A stretch of DNA of 64,000 nucleotides from Nitrososphaeria archaeon (GTDB lineage: Archaea; Thermoproteota; Nitrososphaeria; Geothermarchaeales; JDFR-13), in NCBI GenBank assembly GCA_027078545.1, contig JALWXN010000004.1:1024001-1088000 (forward strand), read 5' to 3'. Below are positions 30,258 through 40,643 of this stretch, one piece after another. Numbering within the stretch: position 1 is the first letter of the stretch; each line of letters begins with the position of its first letter. The notes under the pieces are model-generated. The model saw only the letters and a list, made by a program, of their open reading frames with translations, had not been told where the DNA came from and did not search any database. Position numbers and translations under genes: made by a program.

Positions 30258-30810
30258 GGCGGAGGAGTAGGAGCTCCTCCCCACCCATATCCATTTTATC
30301 CACTATACGACCCCCATACCTATCAAGTATCTCCTCATACCTCGTCAGGCTAGAGACCACTACATAGACCTCTGAGCCGCACCCCCTAAGCCTATCCAAA
30401 ACCCTCGATAGGGTCTCCACACCACCCTCACCACCCAGGAACTGACTATCCACCATTGTAGAGGGATCCCCAGGTAGGTAGGGGGGATTGATAAGGACTA
30501 GGCCGAAGCCACACCTAAAGGCTTCATACCCATCAGCCAAGACGAGATCCACATATCCATCGACTCCGTTACGTAGAATATTCCTAGACGCCCAGGCCAG
30601 GGCACCCCAGGAGATATCTGTCCCGACCGTGTAGACACCCCTCATACCCAGGAGGATAGCCAATACGCCTGAGCCGGTCCCAATATCTAGTGCTGATACA
30701 TCCTTGCTGATCTCCTCTGCCACCGAGGCTATGAGTAGGGTGTCCTCGGCAGGCCTGTAGACATGGCTATCCCCCTCAAGCTCCACACCCCTGAACACAG
30801 CCCTCCACAC
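30247..30810 (-). CDS. HemK2/Mtq2-family N5-glutamine methyltransferase
   Basis: [21 protein letters not shown]. Confidence 0.88.
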   Translation of the reverse strand: MWRAVFRGVELEGDSHVYRPAEDTLLIASVAEEISKDVSALDIGTGSGVLAILLGMRGVYTVGTDISWGALAWASRNILRNGVDGYVDLVLADGYEAFRCGFGLVLINPPYLPGDPSTMVDSQFLGGEGGVETLSRVLDRLRGCGSEVYVVVSSLTRYEEILDRYGGRIVDKMDMGGEELLLLRLRP

Positions 30811-30866
30811 CTAGGCCCACCTACAGGGTCTTAATACCCAGCATATCATGTCCATACTATGTAGCG

Positions 30867-32000
30867 ATGACGAAGATAGTTGAGAGGCTAGACCTAGGAG
30901 AATATGCAACCTTCAAGCCTAATAAGGACCTACCCCGCCATAGATGGTTCTACTTCAAGGAGGGCTTCTCCCGCCACCTTGTTGAATACATGATTAGGAG
31001 GTTCAAGATAGGAGGGGGAGACACAGTCCTCGACCCATTCATGGGCGTGGGGACAACCCCATTGACGTGTAGGGAGCTGGGTATAAACACTGTTGGGGTG
31101 GAGGTCAGCCCCCTATTCAAGATGGTGGCCGAGGCCAAGACCTCAGACTACGACGTCGACAGGCTGAGGGAGATATCCAGCGAGATAATGTCTAGGAGGG
31201 GGAGGGTAGACCTATCTGGGCAGCACCCACTCCTATTGAAGGCATTCCCACGCCACAACCTCTACGACATCATACTATATAGGGAGGCGATAGAGGAGAT
31301 ACCCGAGGCGAGGTATAGAAACTTCTTCTACACAGCCCTAATATCAGCCGCGAACAAGGCGGGATACGCCTTCAAGGACGGGAGCAGGGTTAAGATAGTC
31401 CCAAAGAAACACGTCCCACCCTTCAAGGAGATGTTCCGGAGGACGGTCAAGATGATGATAAGCGACGTCGAGAGCCTCCCACTCAAGGATGTGGAGCACT
31501 CCCTATACCAGGGCGACGCCAGGAGGCTAACCATGCTGGGTGAGGAGGAGATAGACGCGGTGATAACCTCACCCCCATACCTGAACAAGATAGAGTACAC
31601 CACCCTCTACGAGATAGAATACCTACTAGTGTATGGAGACACGAGGGTCAACCCGATAAGAAGCTACATAGGCCTAACCTTCAGCAGGGAGGACGTACTA
31701 GAACTCCCAAAGGAGTATGAAGACCTCCCGCCAGGGGCGAGGGCCTACTTCACCGATCTTAGACAGGCAGTGGAGGAGATGTATAGAGTCCTGAGGAGGA
31801 ATGGCAGGGCAGCCATAGTCATAGGCCAGGGGATATACCCCGACAGAGTCATACCATCCGACAGGATACTGGCCGAGATGGCCAAGGGAATAGGCTTTAG
31901 AGAGGCTGAGATATGGATAGTTAACAAGAGGATAGCGACTAGGAGCAGGACGGTAAAGATAGGGGTGGCTGAGGAGTCAATAGTCATCCTGAGGAAGTAG
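30867..32000 (+). CDS. Amino (N4-C/N6-A) DNA methyltransferase, motif I before motif IV, orphan
   Basis: HRWF.FKEGFS, DPFMGVGTT, ITSPPY. Confidence 0.88.
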   Translation: MTKIVERLDLGEYATFKPNKDLPRHRWFYFKEGFSRHLVEYMIRRFKIGGGDTVLDPFMGVGTTPLTCRELGINTVGVEVSPLFKMVAEAKTSDYDVDRLREISSEIMSRRGRVDLSGQHPLLLKAFPRHNLYDIILYREAIEEIPEARYRNFFYTALISAANKAGYAFKDGSRVKIVPKKHVPPFKEMFRRTVKMMISDVESLPLKDVEHSLYQGDARRLTMLGEEEIDAVITSPPYLNKIEYTTLYEIEYLLVYGDTRVNPIRSYIGLTFSREDVLELPKEYEDLPPGARAYFTDLRQAVEEMYRVLRRNGRAAIVIGQGIYPDRVIPSDRILAEMAKGIGFREAEIWIVNKRIATRSRTVKIGVAEESIVILRK

Positions 32001-32047
32001 CCATATATTTAGGTGTTGGGAGCCATACCTAGGGATAAGGGATATCC

Positions 32048-32872
32048 GTGATGACCCCCGACTACATGTTGATAGAGATCACCAGTGGAGCCGAGGCCTC
32101 CATAGACAGGGTCGTGGAGGAGGCCTCCCAAGAGGGTGGACTGACGATCTACCTGGGCGAGGTACACCAGAGGAGATGGATAATAAGCCTATCCCTAGAC
32201 ATACTGAGGCGTATCATGGGGAAGGGTGGTGAGCTATACATAGGTATGGAGCACTTCAACCAGGAGCAGCAGGAGATCCTGGAGGCCTTCCTAGAGGGCG
32301 ATATAGAGTGGGAGGAGCTCGTAGAGAGGTATGAGGAGGGGCCCGAGGGCTTCGACCTCGAGTACTACAGGCCACTAATCGAGTGGGCCCGCGACATGGG
32401 GATACCCATATATGGGCTCATGCCCCCGAGGATATACGCCTCACAACTCGTCAGGCTATACATGTCCGGCGACAAGGAGGGTGTAGAGAGGCTACTAGCG
32501 AGATACGGCCTAAGTATAGACGACCTAGACGCAGGGGAGGAGTATAGGGAGAGGTTCCTACAACTAATCCCGAGGGAGGGGCCCATGGCTAGGCTCGACC
32601 CAGAGGCCCTCCTCCTGGCACAGTCCTTCAAAGATGAGGTCATGGCTAGGAGGATCGTAGAGCTAAGCAGGCGGTACAGGGCCGGATACATACTGACCGG
32701 CTCCGGCCACGTGGAGCACAAGGGGAGCGTCCCCACAAGGGTCGTGAAGCACGGCTATAGAGGAGGATACACAGTGGTAACGTCTAGGGAGGCGGATAGG
32801 GAGGAGGCCCTAGAAGATCTGAGGAGGGCCGAGAAATACCTGATCGCTAGGTACCTAGCCCTACCTAGATAG
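32048..32872 (+). CDS. ChaN/EreA-like (heme-binding uptake family) protein without a signal peptide
   Basis: YLGEVH, GMEHF...QQ, YRPL, AQSFKDEVMA, GSGHV. Confidence 0.75.
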   Translation: MMTPDYMLIEITSGAEASIDRVVEEASQEGGLTIYLGEVHQRRWIISLSLDILRRIMGKGGELYIGMEHFNQEQQEILEAFLEGDIEWEELVERYEEGPEGFDLEYYRPLIEWARDMGIPIYGLMPPRIYASQLVRLYMSGDKEGVERLLARYGLSIDDLDAGEEYRERFLQLIPREGPMARLDPEALLLAQSFKDEVMARRIVELSRRYRAGYILTGSGHVEHKGSVPTRVVKHGYRGGYTVVTSREADREEALEDLRRAEKYLIARYLALPR

Positions 32873-32874
32873 GG

Positions 32875-34590
32875 GTGAGGCGAGTGAAGAGGTTCCTAGA
32901 GATCTACGCATACAGGCTGGGCCGGAGAATAGGTGAGAAGCTCCTCTACATATCGGACAAGGAGGGGAGGCCCAAGCTATACCAGATGATAGGCGGAGCC
33001 GAGACCCTACTACTCGACGTGGATAGGGTCATAGGCTATACCCTAGACCCTGGGAAGAAGCTAGTCGTAGTAAACCATGACGAGGCCGGTAACGAGAGGT
33101 GGAGGATAACGGTACTGGACAACGCTGGGTGGAGACTTGCCGAGATCGGGGATGGGAGGAGCATAAACCATATAGGCACGCCTGGAGAGACGTATGAGAT
33201 ACCCTACACATCAAACAGGGAGTGGGGATCCGAGTTCGGACTATACATATATAGGCTGGAGGACGGGGAGGAGGAGTTCATATACGGCCCCGAGACCGGG
33301 CTCTACGGCTCAGGCATGAGCAGGGATGGAGAGCTCCTATACGCACAGGTATTCAGAAGCTCCTCGGACGTGGAGCTACTAATAATTGAGCGGGAGACTG
33401 GAAGGGTGATAGACAGGATAGGCGGTGGGGGAGACGTGGTATACCTCCCCCGATGGAGGGACGGGGACAGCCTATACATAGTCACAGATATAGGGGAGGA
33501 GACCCCCTACCTAGCCCTCTACAGGGTCGGCGGGGGGATAGAGCCGATAATAAACGAGGAGTGGGGAGTAGAGACCTACGGCGTCACCAGCGACGGAGAG
33601 ATAATCTACAGCCTAAACGTGAGGGGAGACTCAAGACTCTACATAGGTGAGGAGGAGATCGAGAAGCCCATGGGCGTCGTGACCTATATAGACGTAGATG
33701 GAGAGGCCACCATATCCATGAACACAGTCAAGTATGGAGAGTCTATATGGAGGCTGGTCGACGATAGGCTGGAACCGATACTATACCCCAGGGAGATAGA
33801 GGATCTATGGGACACGATAGTCGAGCCAGAGATACATACCTACCAGTCATTCGACGGCCTCGAGATAGACCTCCTCCTATACAGGCCCAGGAACCGGGAG
33901 AAGCCCCACCCAACCATTATAAACCCCCATGGGGGGCCGGAGTCCCAGAGCAGGCCGATGTACAGCCCGATGATCCAGGGCCTAGTATCACTGGGCTACG
34001 CCGTCGCCCAGCCAAACTATAGAGGCGGAACCGGATATGGAAAGACCTTCAAGGAGATGGATAGGGTGGAGAAGAGGGTCGACAGCCTACGAGACGTATA
34101 CGAAGCAGCTAGATACCTCATAGAGACAGGCCTGGCAGACCCCGATAGGCTCGGGATCATGGGTGGGAGCTACGGTGGATACGTCACCCTATACATGGTG
34201 ACCCACCACCCCCAGCTCTTCAAGGCAGCTGTATCAATAGTCGGGATAGCGAATCTAGAGACCTTCCTGAGGAACACGGGGCCGTGGAGAAGGAGCCATA
34301 GAGAGTATAAGTACGGCAGCCTAGAGAAGGACCTTGAGACCCTCAGGAGGCTGTCACCCATATACTATATCGATAGGGTGGAGACACCCCTACTCCTCAT
34401 ACATGGGAGGAACGACCCGAGGGTACCTGTAGAGGAGAGTATAGAGATGTATCGGAGACTATCGGAGAAGGGTGTGGAGACAAAGCTCATCATATACGAG
34501 GATGAGGGGCACGGCGTCGTTAAGAGGCGTAACAGGGAGCACTACATGGAGAGCGTGGCCCAGTGGTTCACCAGGCATATGCCCCCATAG
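32875..34590 (+). CDS. S9-family prolyl oligopeptidase / acylaminoacyl peptidase
   Basis: HGGPESQ, PNYRGGTGYG, GGSYGG, DPRVP, EGHG catalytic triad. Confidence 0.92.
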   Translation: MRRVKRFLEIYAYRLGRRIGEKLLYISDKEGRPKLYQMIGGAETLLLDVDRVIGYTLDPGKKLVVVNHDEAGNERWRITVLDNAGWRLAEIGDGRSINHIGTPGETYEIPYTSNREWGSEFGLYIYRLEDGEEEFIYGPETGLYGSGMSRDGELLYAQVFRSSSDVELLIIERETGRVIDRIGGGGDVVYLPRWRDGDSLYIVTDIGEETPYLALYRVGGGIEPIINEEWGVETYGVTSDGEIIYSLNVRGDSRLYIGEEEIEKPMGVVTYIDVDGEATISMNTVKYGESIWRLVDDRLEPILYPREIEDLWDTIVEPEIHTYQSFDGLEIDLLLYRPRNREKPHPTIINPHGGPESQSRPMYSPMIQGLVSLGYAVAQPNYRGGTGYGKTFKEMDRVEKRVDSLRDVYEAARYLIETGLADPDRLGIMGGSYGGYVTLYMVTHHPQLFKAAVSIVGIANLETFLRNTGPWRRSHREYKYGSLEKDLETLRRLSPIYYIDRVETPLLLIHGRNDPRVPVEESIEMYRRLSEKGVETKLIIYEDEGHGVVKRRNREHYMESVAQWFTRHMPP

Positions 34591-34639
34591 CCCCGTTTTA
34601 TATCCTCTATACATACCATTATATACTTTTTGGGAGAAG

Positions 34640-35041
34640 ATGTTCACCCCCTACGAGGTAATAGTCAAGACGATACTACCAGCGATAAGAAGTATCCTCG
34701 TAAGGGAGCTTGCCGAGAAGTATGGGTATAAACAGATGGAGATCGCTAGACACCTCTACATCACACAGGCAAGCGTATCCTACTACCTGACCCACAGCAG
34801 GGGCAAGTATATCCAGGAGGTGGCCAAGTATCCAGACGTCACCGAGAGGATAAAGAGGCTGGCCGAGAAGATACACCGTGAGAAGCCGACCAAGGAGGAG
34901 CTGATCAAGGAGATAAACGATATAATCATGTACATCATGGCGAAGGAGTATATCTGCGAGGTCCACAAGACACTCGAGCCAGACGTCGATATAGAGGAGT
35001 GCAAGGTCTGCGAAGCAATGATAATAGACAGATACAAGTAG
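34640..35041 (+). CDS. HTH transcriptional regulator (COG2522-like) with C-terminal Cys/His metal site
   Basis: PYEVIVKTILPAIR, Q.EIA..L.ITQASVSYY...RG, ICEVH...CKVC; start reassigned to ATG 34640. Confidence 0.85.
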   Translation: MFTPYEVIVKTILPAIRSILVRELAEKYGYKQMEIARHLYITQASVSYYLTHSRGKYIQEVAKYPDVTERIKRLAEKIHREKPTKEELIKEINDIIMYIMAKEYICEVHKTLEPDVDIEECKVCEAMIIDRYK

Positions 35042-35063
35042 GGATCCATGCTATAATAGGTGC

Positions 35064-35993
35064 ATGGCCGGGGAAGTAGAGATCGGGACACTCCTTAGAC
35101 GGGCGGCCCAACTAGCCAGATACTCCTTTAGATGGGGCGTCATCCCCGGCCTAATACTGAGCAGGCTCTCCAGCCGGGTGATAGACAGGCTGGGTGGATA
35201 TACAAGGCCCAGGCTCACCGATCAGAGGAGCCTCATAGAGAGGAGGGACTGGAACGTCCTAGTCATACTAGACGCATGTAGATACGACGCCTACCTCATG
35301 AGTAGGGAGAGGCCCCACTGGGGAAGGCTTAAACCCGTATACAGCCCCGCATCGATAACACCCCACTGGCTCGTGAGGACGTGGCTAGGGGGAGACTGGA
35401 GGGACACGATATACATATCGGGAAACATATTCGCCAACAAGTCTATAGGGGCGATGAAGCATCTACACCGATACTTCCGATATAGACTCGCCGACAAGTT
35501 CCTAGACATAGTGGAGGTATGGAGGAACAGCGACCCAGATACCGGTGCAGTCCCGCCGGAGAGGGTCTACAGGGCCTACCGGATGGTAAGGACTAGGATG
35601 AGGCTTAGGGGGCTACGCCTAGGGAGGGACTATAGACTGGTTATACACTTCATGCAGCCCCACACACCCTACCTAGCGACACCCAGGCTCAACCACCTCA
35701 TCAATAGGCTGGATAGGGAGACCCGTAGAGACGGCGTAGGCCTAGGCTTCGAATACGTCTACATACCCATGCTACGCAGAGCCCTAGGAGCCAAGGCAGA
35801 CAAGGCGTTATGGAGGCTCTACATGGATAACCTGGAGAGGGCCGCGAGATATGCACGCCTAATAGCGGAGGAGAATAGGGGCTACACAGTGATAACAGCC
35901 GACCATGGGGAGATGCTGGGCGAGTACAACCTATACTTCCACTTCGACGTGGCCACCCCGGAGCTCAGGGTAGTCCCATACCACAGGCTATAG
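35064..35993 (+). CDS. Alkaline phosphatase/sulfatase superfamily protein
   Basis: ILDACRYD, S.T..W, HFMQPHTPY, ITADHGE. Confidence 0.8.
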   Translation: MAGEVEIGTLLRRAAQLARYSFRWGVIPGLILSRLSSRVIDRLGGYTRPRLTDQRSLIERRDWNVLVILDACRYDAYLMSRERPHWGRLKPVYSPASITPHWLVRTWLGGDWRDTIYISGNIFANKSIGAMKHLHRYFRYRLADKFLDIVEVWRNSDPDTGAVPPERVYRAYRMVRTRMRLRGLRLGRDYRLVIHFMQPHTPYLATPRLNHLINRLDRETRRDGVGLGFEYVYIPMLRRALGAKADKALWRLYMDNLERAARYARLIAEENRGYTVITADHGEMLGEYNLYFHFDVATPELRVVPYHRL

Positions 35994-36410
35994 AAGAGGG
36001 AAGTCCACACCCTCCTCCCTAATAATCTTCTCCGCCTCCTCCCTATCGAAGCCCCCGAAGAACTCCTCGCCATCCAGGATCCTATAAATATGGTACTTCG
36101 TCACGGGTGGTATGGGGCGCTCCCAGTCAACCCTATGTATACTCATAAGCCCCGGATCGTCAGACTCGTATTTATAGACCACCAGGTCATACTCATCAGC
36201 CGTGACGATATCGTTGAAGGTCAGCTTCCTCATATAGTGTGTGAAGACCCTCTCGAAGAAGAGTATGAAGGGCTTATCAGGATCGATCTCCACACCCTCA
36301 ACCTCCTCCCATGAGCCACCGACCCTCCTATACAGCCTCCCATCCATCCTAAGCTTGAAGTCGTGGTAGGAGTTATAGTAGTCGAGAACAATCCTATAGA
36401 CCACCGGCAT
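35988..36410 (-). CDS. Hypothetical protein
   Basis: 140-aa ORF filling the gap downstream of guaB, with protein-like composition. Confidence 0.6.
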   Translation of the reverse strand: MPVVYRIVLDYYNSYHDFKLRMDGRLYRRVGGSWEEVEGVEIDPDKPFILFFERVFTHYMRKLTFNDIVTADEYDLVVYKYESDDPGLMSIHRVDWERPIPPVTKYHIYRILDGEEFFGGFDREEAEKIIREEGVDFPLL

Positions 36411-36461
36411 AAAAGGGAAAAATGTTTTGTGGGGGGCATTAAACCAGTGTAGATACTTGGG

Positions 36462-37913
36462 CTAGCCAGGTATAAATATGTCGTGTGGCTTGATCTCCAA
36501 CGAGCCCTGTGGAGGTATATATGCGAACCGGGCCTTCTCCCACATCTCCGCTATCCTTGAGGCCCCCACATAACCCATAGCCGCCTGCAGACCAGCCCTC
36601 AACTCACCAACTACATCTGATACCGAGCCTCTATACGGGACCCAGCCCTCGACACCCTCATCAATATCTTTCGACGGCTTGGAATATCTGTCTAGCCCCG
36701 CCCTCTTAGCCCTTGCCCTTGCGCTACCCATGCCGTAGTACTCCTTATAGTACTTCCCCTGTATAGCGATGAGCCTACCGGGGCTCTCACGTGTACCTGC
36801 AAACACGTTACCCATTATGACAGCCGAGGCGCCGGCAGCCAGTGCAAGGGCTATGTCCCCAGTATTCCTTATACCGCCATCGGCCAGGACAGGTATCTCC
36901 CCATGGAGGCCCAGCTCGTCGAGGGCGTCTGCAGCCTGTATAGTGGCGTAGAGGGTGGGTGCAGCTACACGGGTCACCACGCTGGTGGTGCAGATCGAGC
37001 CGCTACCCATACCCATACGTAGGCCATCCACCCTCTCTATCCTCGACAAGACCTCGAGGACGGCCTCCCTAGTACCAAGGTTACCCACCACGAACCTGGC
37101 GGATATCTCCCTAGCCATCTTAGCAGCGGCCCTAATCACATTCTCGTTGTGGAAGTGGGCCACATCAGTGACGATGACATCTACATATCTATCAAGCCTC
37201 TTGGCACGCTCAAGGTCGAAGGGAGACACGGCAGCGCCTACCAGGAGCCTACCATCCTCATCCCTACTAGCCATTGGATACCTACCCTTCAGGGAGATAT
37301 CCCTAAAGGTTATGAGGCCCCTGAGCCTCCCCTCACCATCAACTATCGGTAGCTTCTCAACCCTATGCTCATGCATAAGCTGCTTAGCCTCCTCCAGAGA
37401 GACCTCCTCACTAGCCGTTACAAGCCTATCCCTAGGCGTCATCACTGAGGAGACCCTGAGCCCCCGGTCACTATACCTGATATCCCTCCACGTAACTATA
37501 CCCACAAGCCTATCCCCATCCTCCACCACTGGGAGGCCATGGATATTCTTCTCCTCCATGATCCTATAGGCCTCCCCGACAGTCGTGTCAGGAGTCACTA
37601 CAACGACATCCCTAATAATCCTCGACTCAGCCCTCTTCACCCTCCTAGCCATCTCGACCTGCTCATCCACACTACAGTTCCTATGAAGAATACCGAGGCC
37701 CCCCTCCCTAGCCAGGGAGATAGCCAGCTCCGAGCCGGTAACAGTGTCCATAGGGGATGAGATGAATGGCAGGTTTATCCTGAGCCCCCTAGCCGCATAG
37801 GTTGATAGGTCGATCTCCCTCGGCTCGACATAGGACTTCCCAGGCAGGAGGACGAGGTCGTTAAAGGTATATAGAGTCTCTATACCCTCCAGCTTAGAGA
37901 CGAACCTAGCCAT
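36462..37913 (-). CDS. guaB: IMP dehydrogenase with CBS pair
   Basis: [33 protein letters not shown]. Confidence 0.96.
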   Translation of the reverse strand: MARFVSKLEGIETLYTFNDLVLLPGKSYVEPREIDLSTYAARGLRINLPFISSPMDTVTGSELAISLAREGGLGILHRNCSVDEQVEMARRVKRAESRIIRDVVVVTPDTTVGEAYRIMEEKNIHGLPVVEDGDRLVGIVTWRDIRYSDRGLRVSSVMTPRDRLVTASEEVSLEEAKQLMHEHRVEKLPIVDGEGRLRGLITFRDISLKGRYPMASRDEDGRLLVGAAVSPFDLERAKRLDRYVDVIVTDVAHFHNENVIRAAAKMAREISARFVVGNLGTREAVLEVLSRIERVDGLRMGMGSGSICTTSVVTRVAAPTLYATIQAADALDELGLHGEIPVLADGGIRNTGDIALALAAGASAVIMGNVFAGTRESPGRLIAIQGKYYKEYYGMGSARARAKRAGLDRYSKPSKDIDEGVEGWVPYRGSVSDVVGELRAGLQAAMGYVGASRIAEMWEKARFAYIPPQGSLEIKPHDIFIPG

Positions 37914-38036
37914 TAGGAGACACCCCAGAACCTATTTAAAAGACTATTGAATATCCCGTCGTGAATATAAATAGGAACCGATGGAGGAGGGTTACTATGG
38001 ATGAGGAATCTATAAAAATGTTTGGGTGTGGAGGGA

Positions 38037-39899
38037 CTACTCCACCACGGGTATTCCAAACTTGATGGAGATCCTCTTCTTCTCCTCGTAGCTGATGCTG
38101 TCCGGATCCCAGAAGCCCTCGTAGGTCTGCCTGTAGAGTGGGTCGGACTCAAGCTTCTTGATATTCCTCTTATACCTCTCCTGGCTCAGGCTCTTGAGCC
38201 CAGTCCTCCTCAGATACTCCTTGAGGCTCATGGAGTACCTCTTGATCAGCCTATCCCTATACATCTCCGGCATGACGTTGTAGGTACAGAACGGCATTAT
38301 CCTCCCGTCTGGCCCGACATAGTGGATGTCACACCTCTGTATCCTGGCAACGTCATAGTTATACTCGTCCTGGAAGTGCATCATACCGACGTATAGCGTG
38401 TTGAGGTGGAACTTACCCAGTGAGCTGTAGTCATGCCTCACAAAGATGTCGAAGAACATCTTGTAGATCCTACCCCTCTTCCTCAGCTGCTCAGGCACAT
38501 ACTTCCTATCTATGAAGCTGGGTATCTTGGAGAGGAGCTTCATCAGGGCCATCTTCCTACTACCGCCCTTCCTCATATACTCATTCAGCTCCTTGATATA
38601 CTCGGCGAAGGACTCCACATCCATGAACTTCGGCAGCGGGGTTATCTTACCAGTCTTCTGGTCCTGGAAGATGTAGGTGGCGACGCCACATGCGAAGTGG
38701 TTAGTCATCTTGAACTGGTGCTCACCAGTCACTAGCTCAACGAACTCGCTGATCGGGGCTGTGAACGGGACTGAGAACCAGTGATCCATCAAGACCTCTC
38801 CATTGGTGCCCTCCTCCACAAGCTTGACAACATCGGGGATAGTTATCCTGAGCCTCTGCCTCTCATGCTTAGGCATCCTACCAACCAGGCTTACCGGCTG
38901 GTAGTTAAGACCCCTCACAACATCGTTGTGCTTCAGGGCGAAGTAGAGCATCTGGGCAACCTCATGGTCATTAACAGTCCTGATCACCGTCGGGACCAGG
39001 ACTATACCCATCCCAGCCTTCCTAGCCGCGTCGAATATGAAGGGGACCTCCCAATGGTTCTTCGGATTAGTGTATGGAGTAACACCGTCGAAGCTCATGT
39101 AGAGCGTGTTCACACCAGCCTCCCTAAGCTCCCTGAGATACTCAGGCCTACCCACGAAGTTTATACCTGTGGTGTTGAGCTGGACATGGATGAAGCCCAG
39201 CTCCTTAGCCATCTTCACGATATCCACTAGATCCTCCCTAAGAGTAGGCTCTCCACCAGTTATCTGTAGGGCCATGGCGGGGACGGGCTCCATACTCCTA
39301 GCCGACTCCATCATGAACCTGATGTGGTCTAGGGTCGGCTCATAGATATAGCCCGCCGCCTCCGCATAGAAGAAGCAGTACCAGCATGATAGGTGGCACC
39401 TATTGGTTATGACCAGGTTTAGGAGGGCCGTGTGGCTCTTATGGCGTGCACACAGCCCACAGTTGTATGGACATGGGTTGACCAGGTCTACGAATGGGTT
39501 GCTAACCCCATGCCCATCATAGGACTCCTTACTTTTCTTATAGAAGAACTCTGCATCGCTCCAGTATACCTCCTCCACCTCACCATGGTCTGGGCATACC
39601 TTCCTGATGTAGATAGCCCCATCCCTCTCGAAGACCACAGCCCTGATCAGGCTCCTACACTCGGGACAGATGCTCAGTGTGCTCTTAACCCTCTTCTCCC
39701 CCTCCCTAAGGGGGACCTTAGCCCTGATCTTAAACTGGAAGTCGACGCCCTCCTTAGGCATCGTCTCCTCGACGACCTTCTGGCCGACGAGGGCGAAGAT
39801 CATGCTGTCCTTGACCTTGCTAAGCTCGTCATAGTTTACATAGCCATCCTCCCTGAAGTACTTACTGATATCCAGCCTTATCTCCGACACTTCCACCAC
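38037..39899 (-). CDS. tes: Radical SAM tetraether synthase (Tes/GDGT-MAS, MJ0619 family)
   Basis: SICPEC...KVCPDHG, CPYNCGLC, NRCHLSCWYCF, QPVSLVGR, MHFQD.YN.D..R..RC, PFC. Confidence 0.88.
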   Translation of the reverse strand: MVEVSEIRLDISKYFREDGYVNYDELSKVKDSMIFALVGQKVVEETMPKEGVDFQFKIRAKVPLREGEKRVKSTLSICPECRSLIRAVVFERDGAIYIRKVCPDHGEVEEVYWSDAEFFYKKSKESYDGHGVSNPFVDLVNPCPYNCGLCARHKSHTALLNLVITNRCHLSCWYCFFYAEAAGYIYEPTLDHIRFMMESARSMEPVPAMALQITGGEPTLREDLVDIVKMAKELGFIHVQLNTTGINFVGRPEYLRELREAGVNTLYMSFDGVTPYTNPKNHWEVPFIFDAARKAGMGIVLVPTVIRTVNDHEVAQMLYFALKHNDVVRGLNYQPVSLVGRMPKHERQRLRITIPDVVKLVEEGTNGEVLMDHWFSVPFTAPISEFVELVTGEHQFKMTNHFACGVATYIFQDQKTGKITPLPKFMDVESFAEYIKELNEYMRKGGSRKMALMKLLSKIPSFIDRKYVPEQLRKRGRIYKMFFDIFVRHDYSSLGKFHLNTLYVGMMHFQDEYNYDVARIQRCDIHYVGPDGRIMPFCTYNVMPEMYRDRLIKRYSMSLKEYLRRTGLKSLSQERYKRNIKKLESDPLYRQTYEGFWDPDSISYEEKKRISIKFGIPVVE

Positions 39900-39998
39900 C
39901 TTAAAATAGATTCTAAAGATTATCAGGACACATCGTTATATAAGCGTTTCATACCTTTCACCATGGTATTTGTTATGAACCTGTAAGTAAATCCTTGG

Positions 39999-40014
39999 TG
40001 ATGTATATACATCA
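39999..40014. promoter_or_regulatory. Perfect 16-bp palindrome upstream of tes
   Basis: TGATGTATATACATCA; function inferred only. Confidence 0.45.
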
Positions 40015-40034
40015 TATATCATTTCCCGATAAGG

Positions 40035-40643
40035 CTAGCGCCTCGGGAGGAAGACCCTCCTCCTAGCGAGGAGGAGCAGCACCACAGCCAGGAGGAAGAT
40101 GATATAGATCGTGAGGTCATCCCCATCCCTAGGCTCAGGGACTTCAGCTGTATCCCCACCGAGTATGTCCTCCCTACCAAACTCGTTGGGATAGTCCTTA
40201 TATACCGCGTAGCCCTCCCTCACCATATAGGCATTTACATTCACCAAGCCATCCTCAGAGACCAGGTATAGGATCGCTACAACCCTCCCATATGGGTCGA
40301 AAACCCCCTGGTCATCAATATCTAGGCAGGCGTCCCACCCAATACTCGAGACAAGTCTATAGAGGGCGTCGGACGCCTCCTCACCCTCGGGCGTGCCAAG
40401 CTCAGGAGCATTGATATCCGCGAGCCTCACCTTTATCAGGTCCCCAACGGATACACCGGGAATCTCCCTCTCCATCTCCTCGACAACGATCCAAACCGTG
40501 TCCCCATCAACAATCCTGTCTATATATCCACATACCTCGGTTGGATATGCATACACGGCCTGTGGATCGGTAAATATTATGGATAGGAGGAGTAGGAAGG
40601 GTATACTACTCCTCACCAGACCCACCCTTAAGCCACTTATCAA
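40035..40643 (-). CDS. Membrane-anchored thermonuclease (SNase family)
   Basis: Signal peptide, IVDGDT, VRLADINAPE, DPYGRVVA, VN..MV.EGYA, C-terminal TM. Confidence 0.88.
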   Translation of the reverse strand: MISGLRVGLVRSSIPFLLLLSIIFTDPQAVYAYPTEVCGYIDRIVDGDTVWIVVEEMEREIPGVSVGDLIKVRLADINAPELGTPEGEEASDALYRLVSSIGWDACLDIDDQGVFDPYGRVVAILYLVSEDGLVNVNAYMVREGYAVYKDYPNEFGREDILGGDTAEVPEPRDGDDLTIYIIFLLAVVLLLLARRRVFLPRR

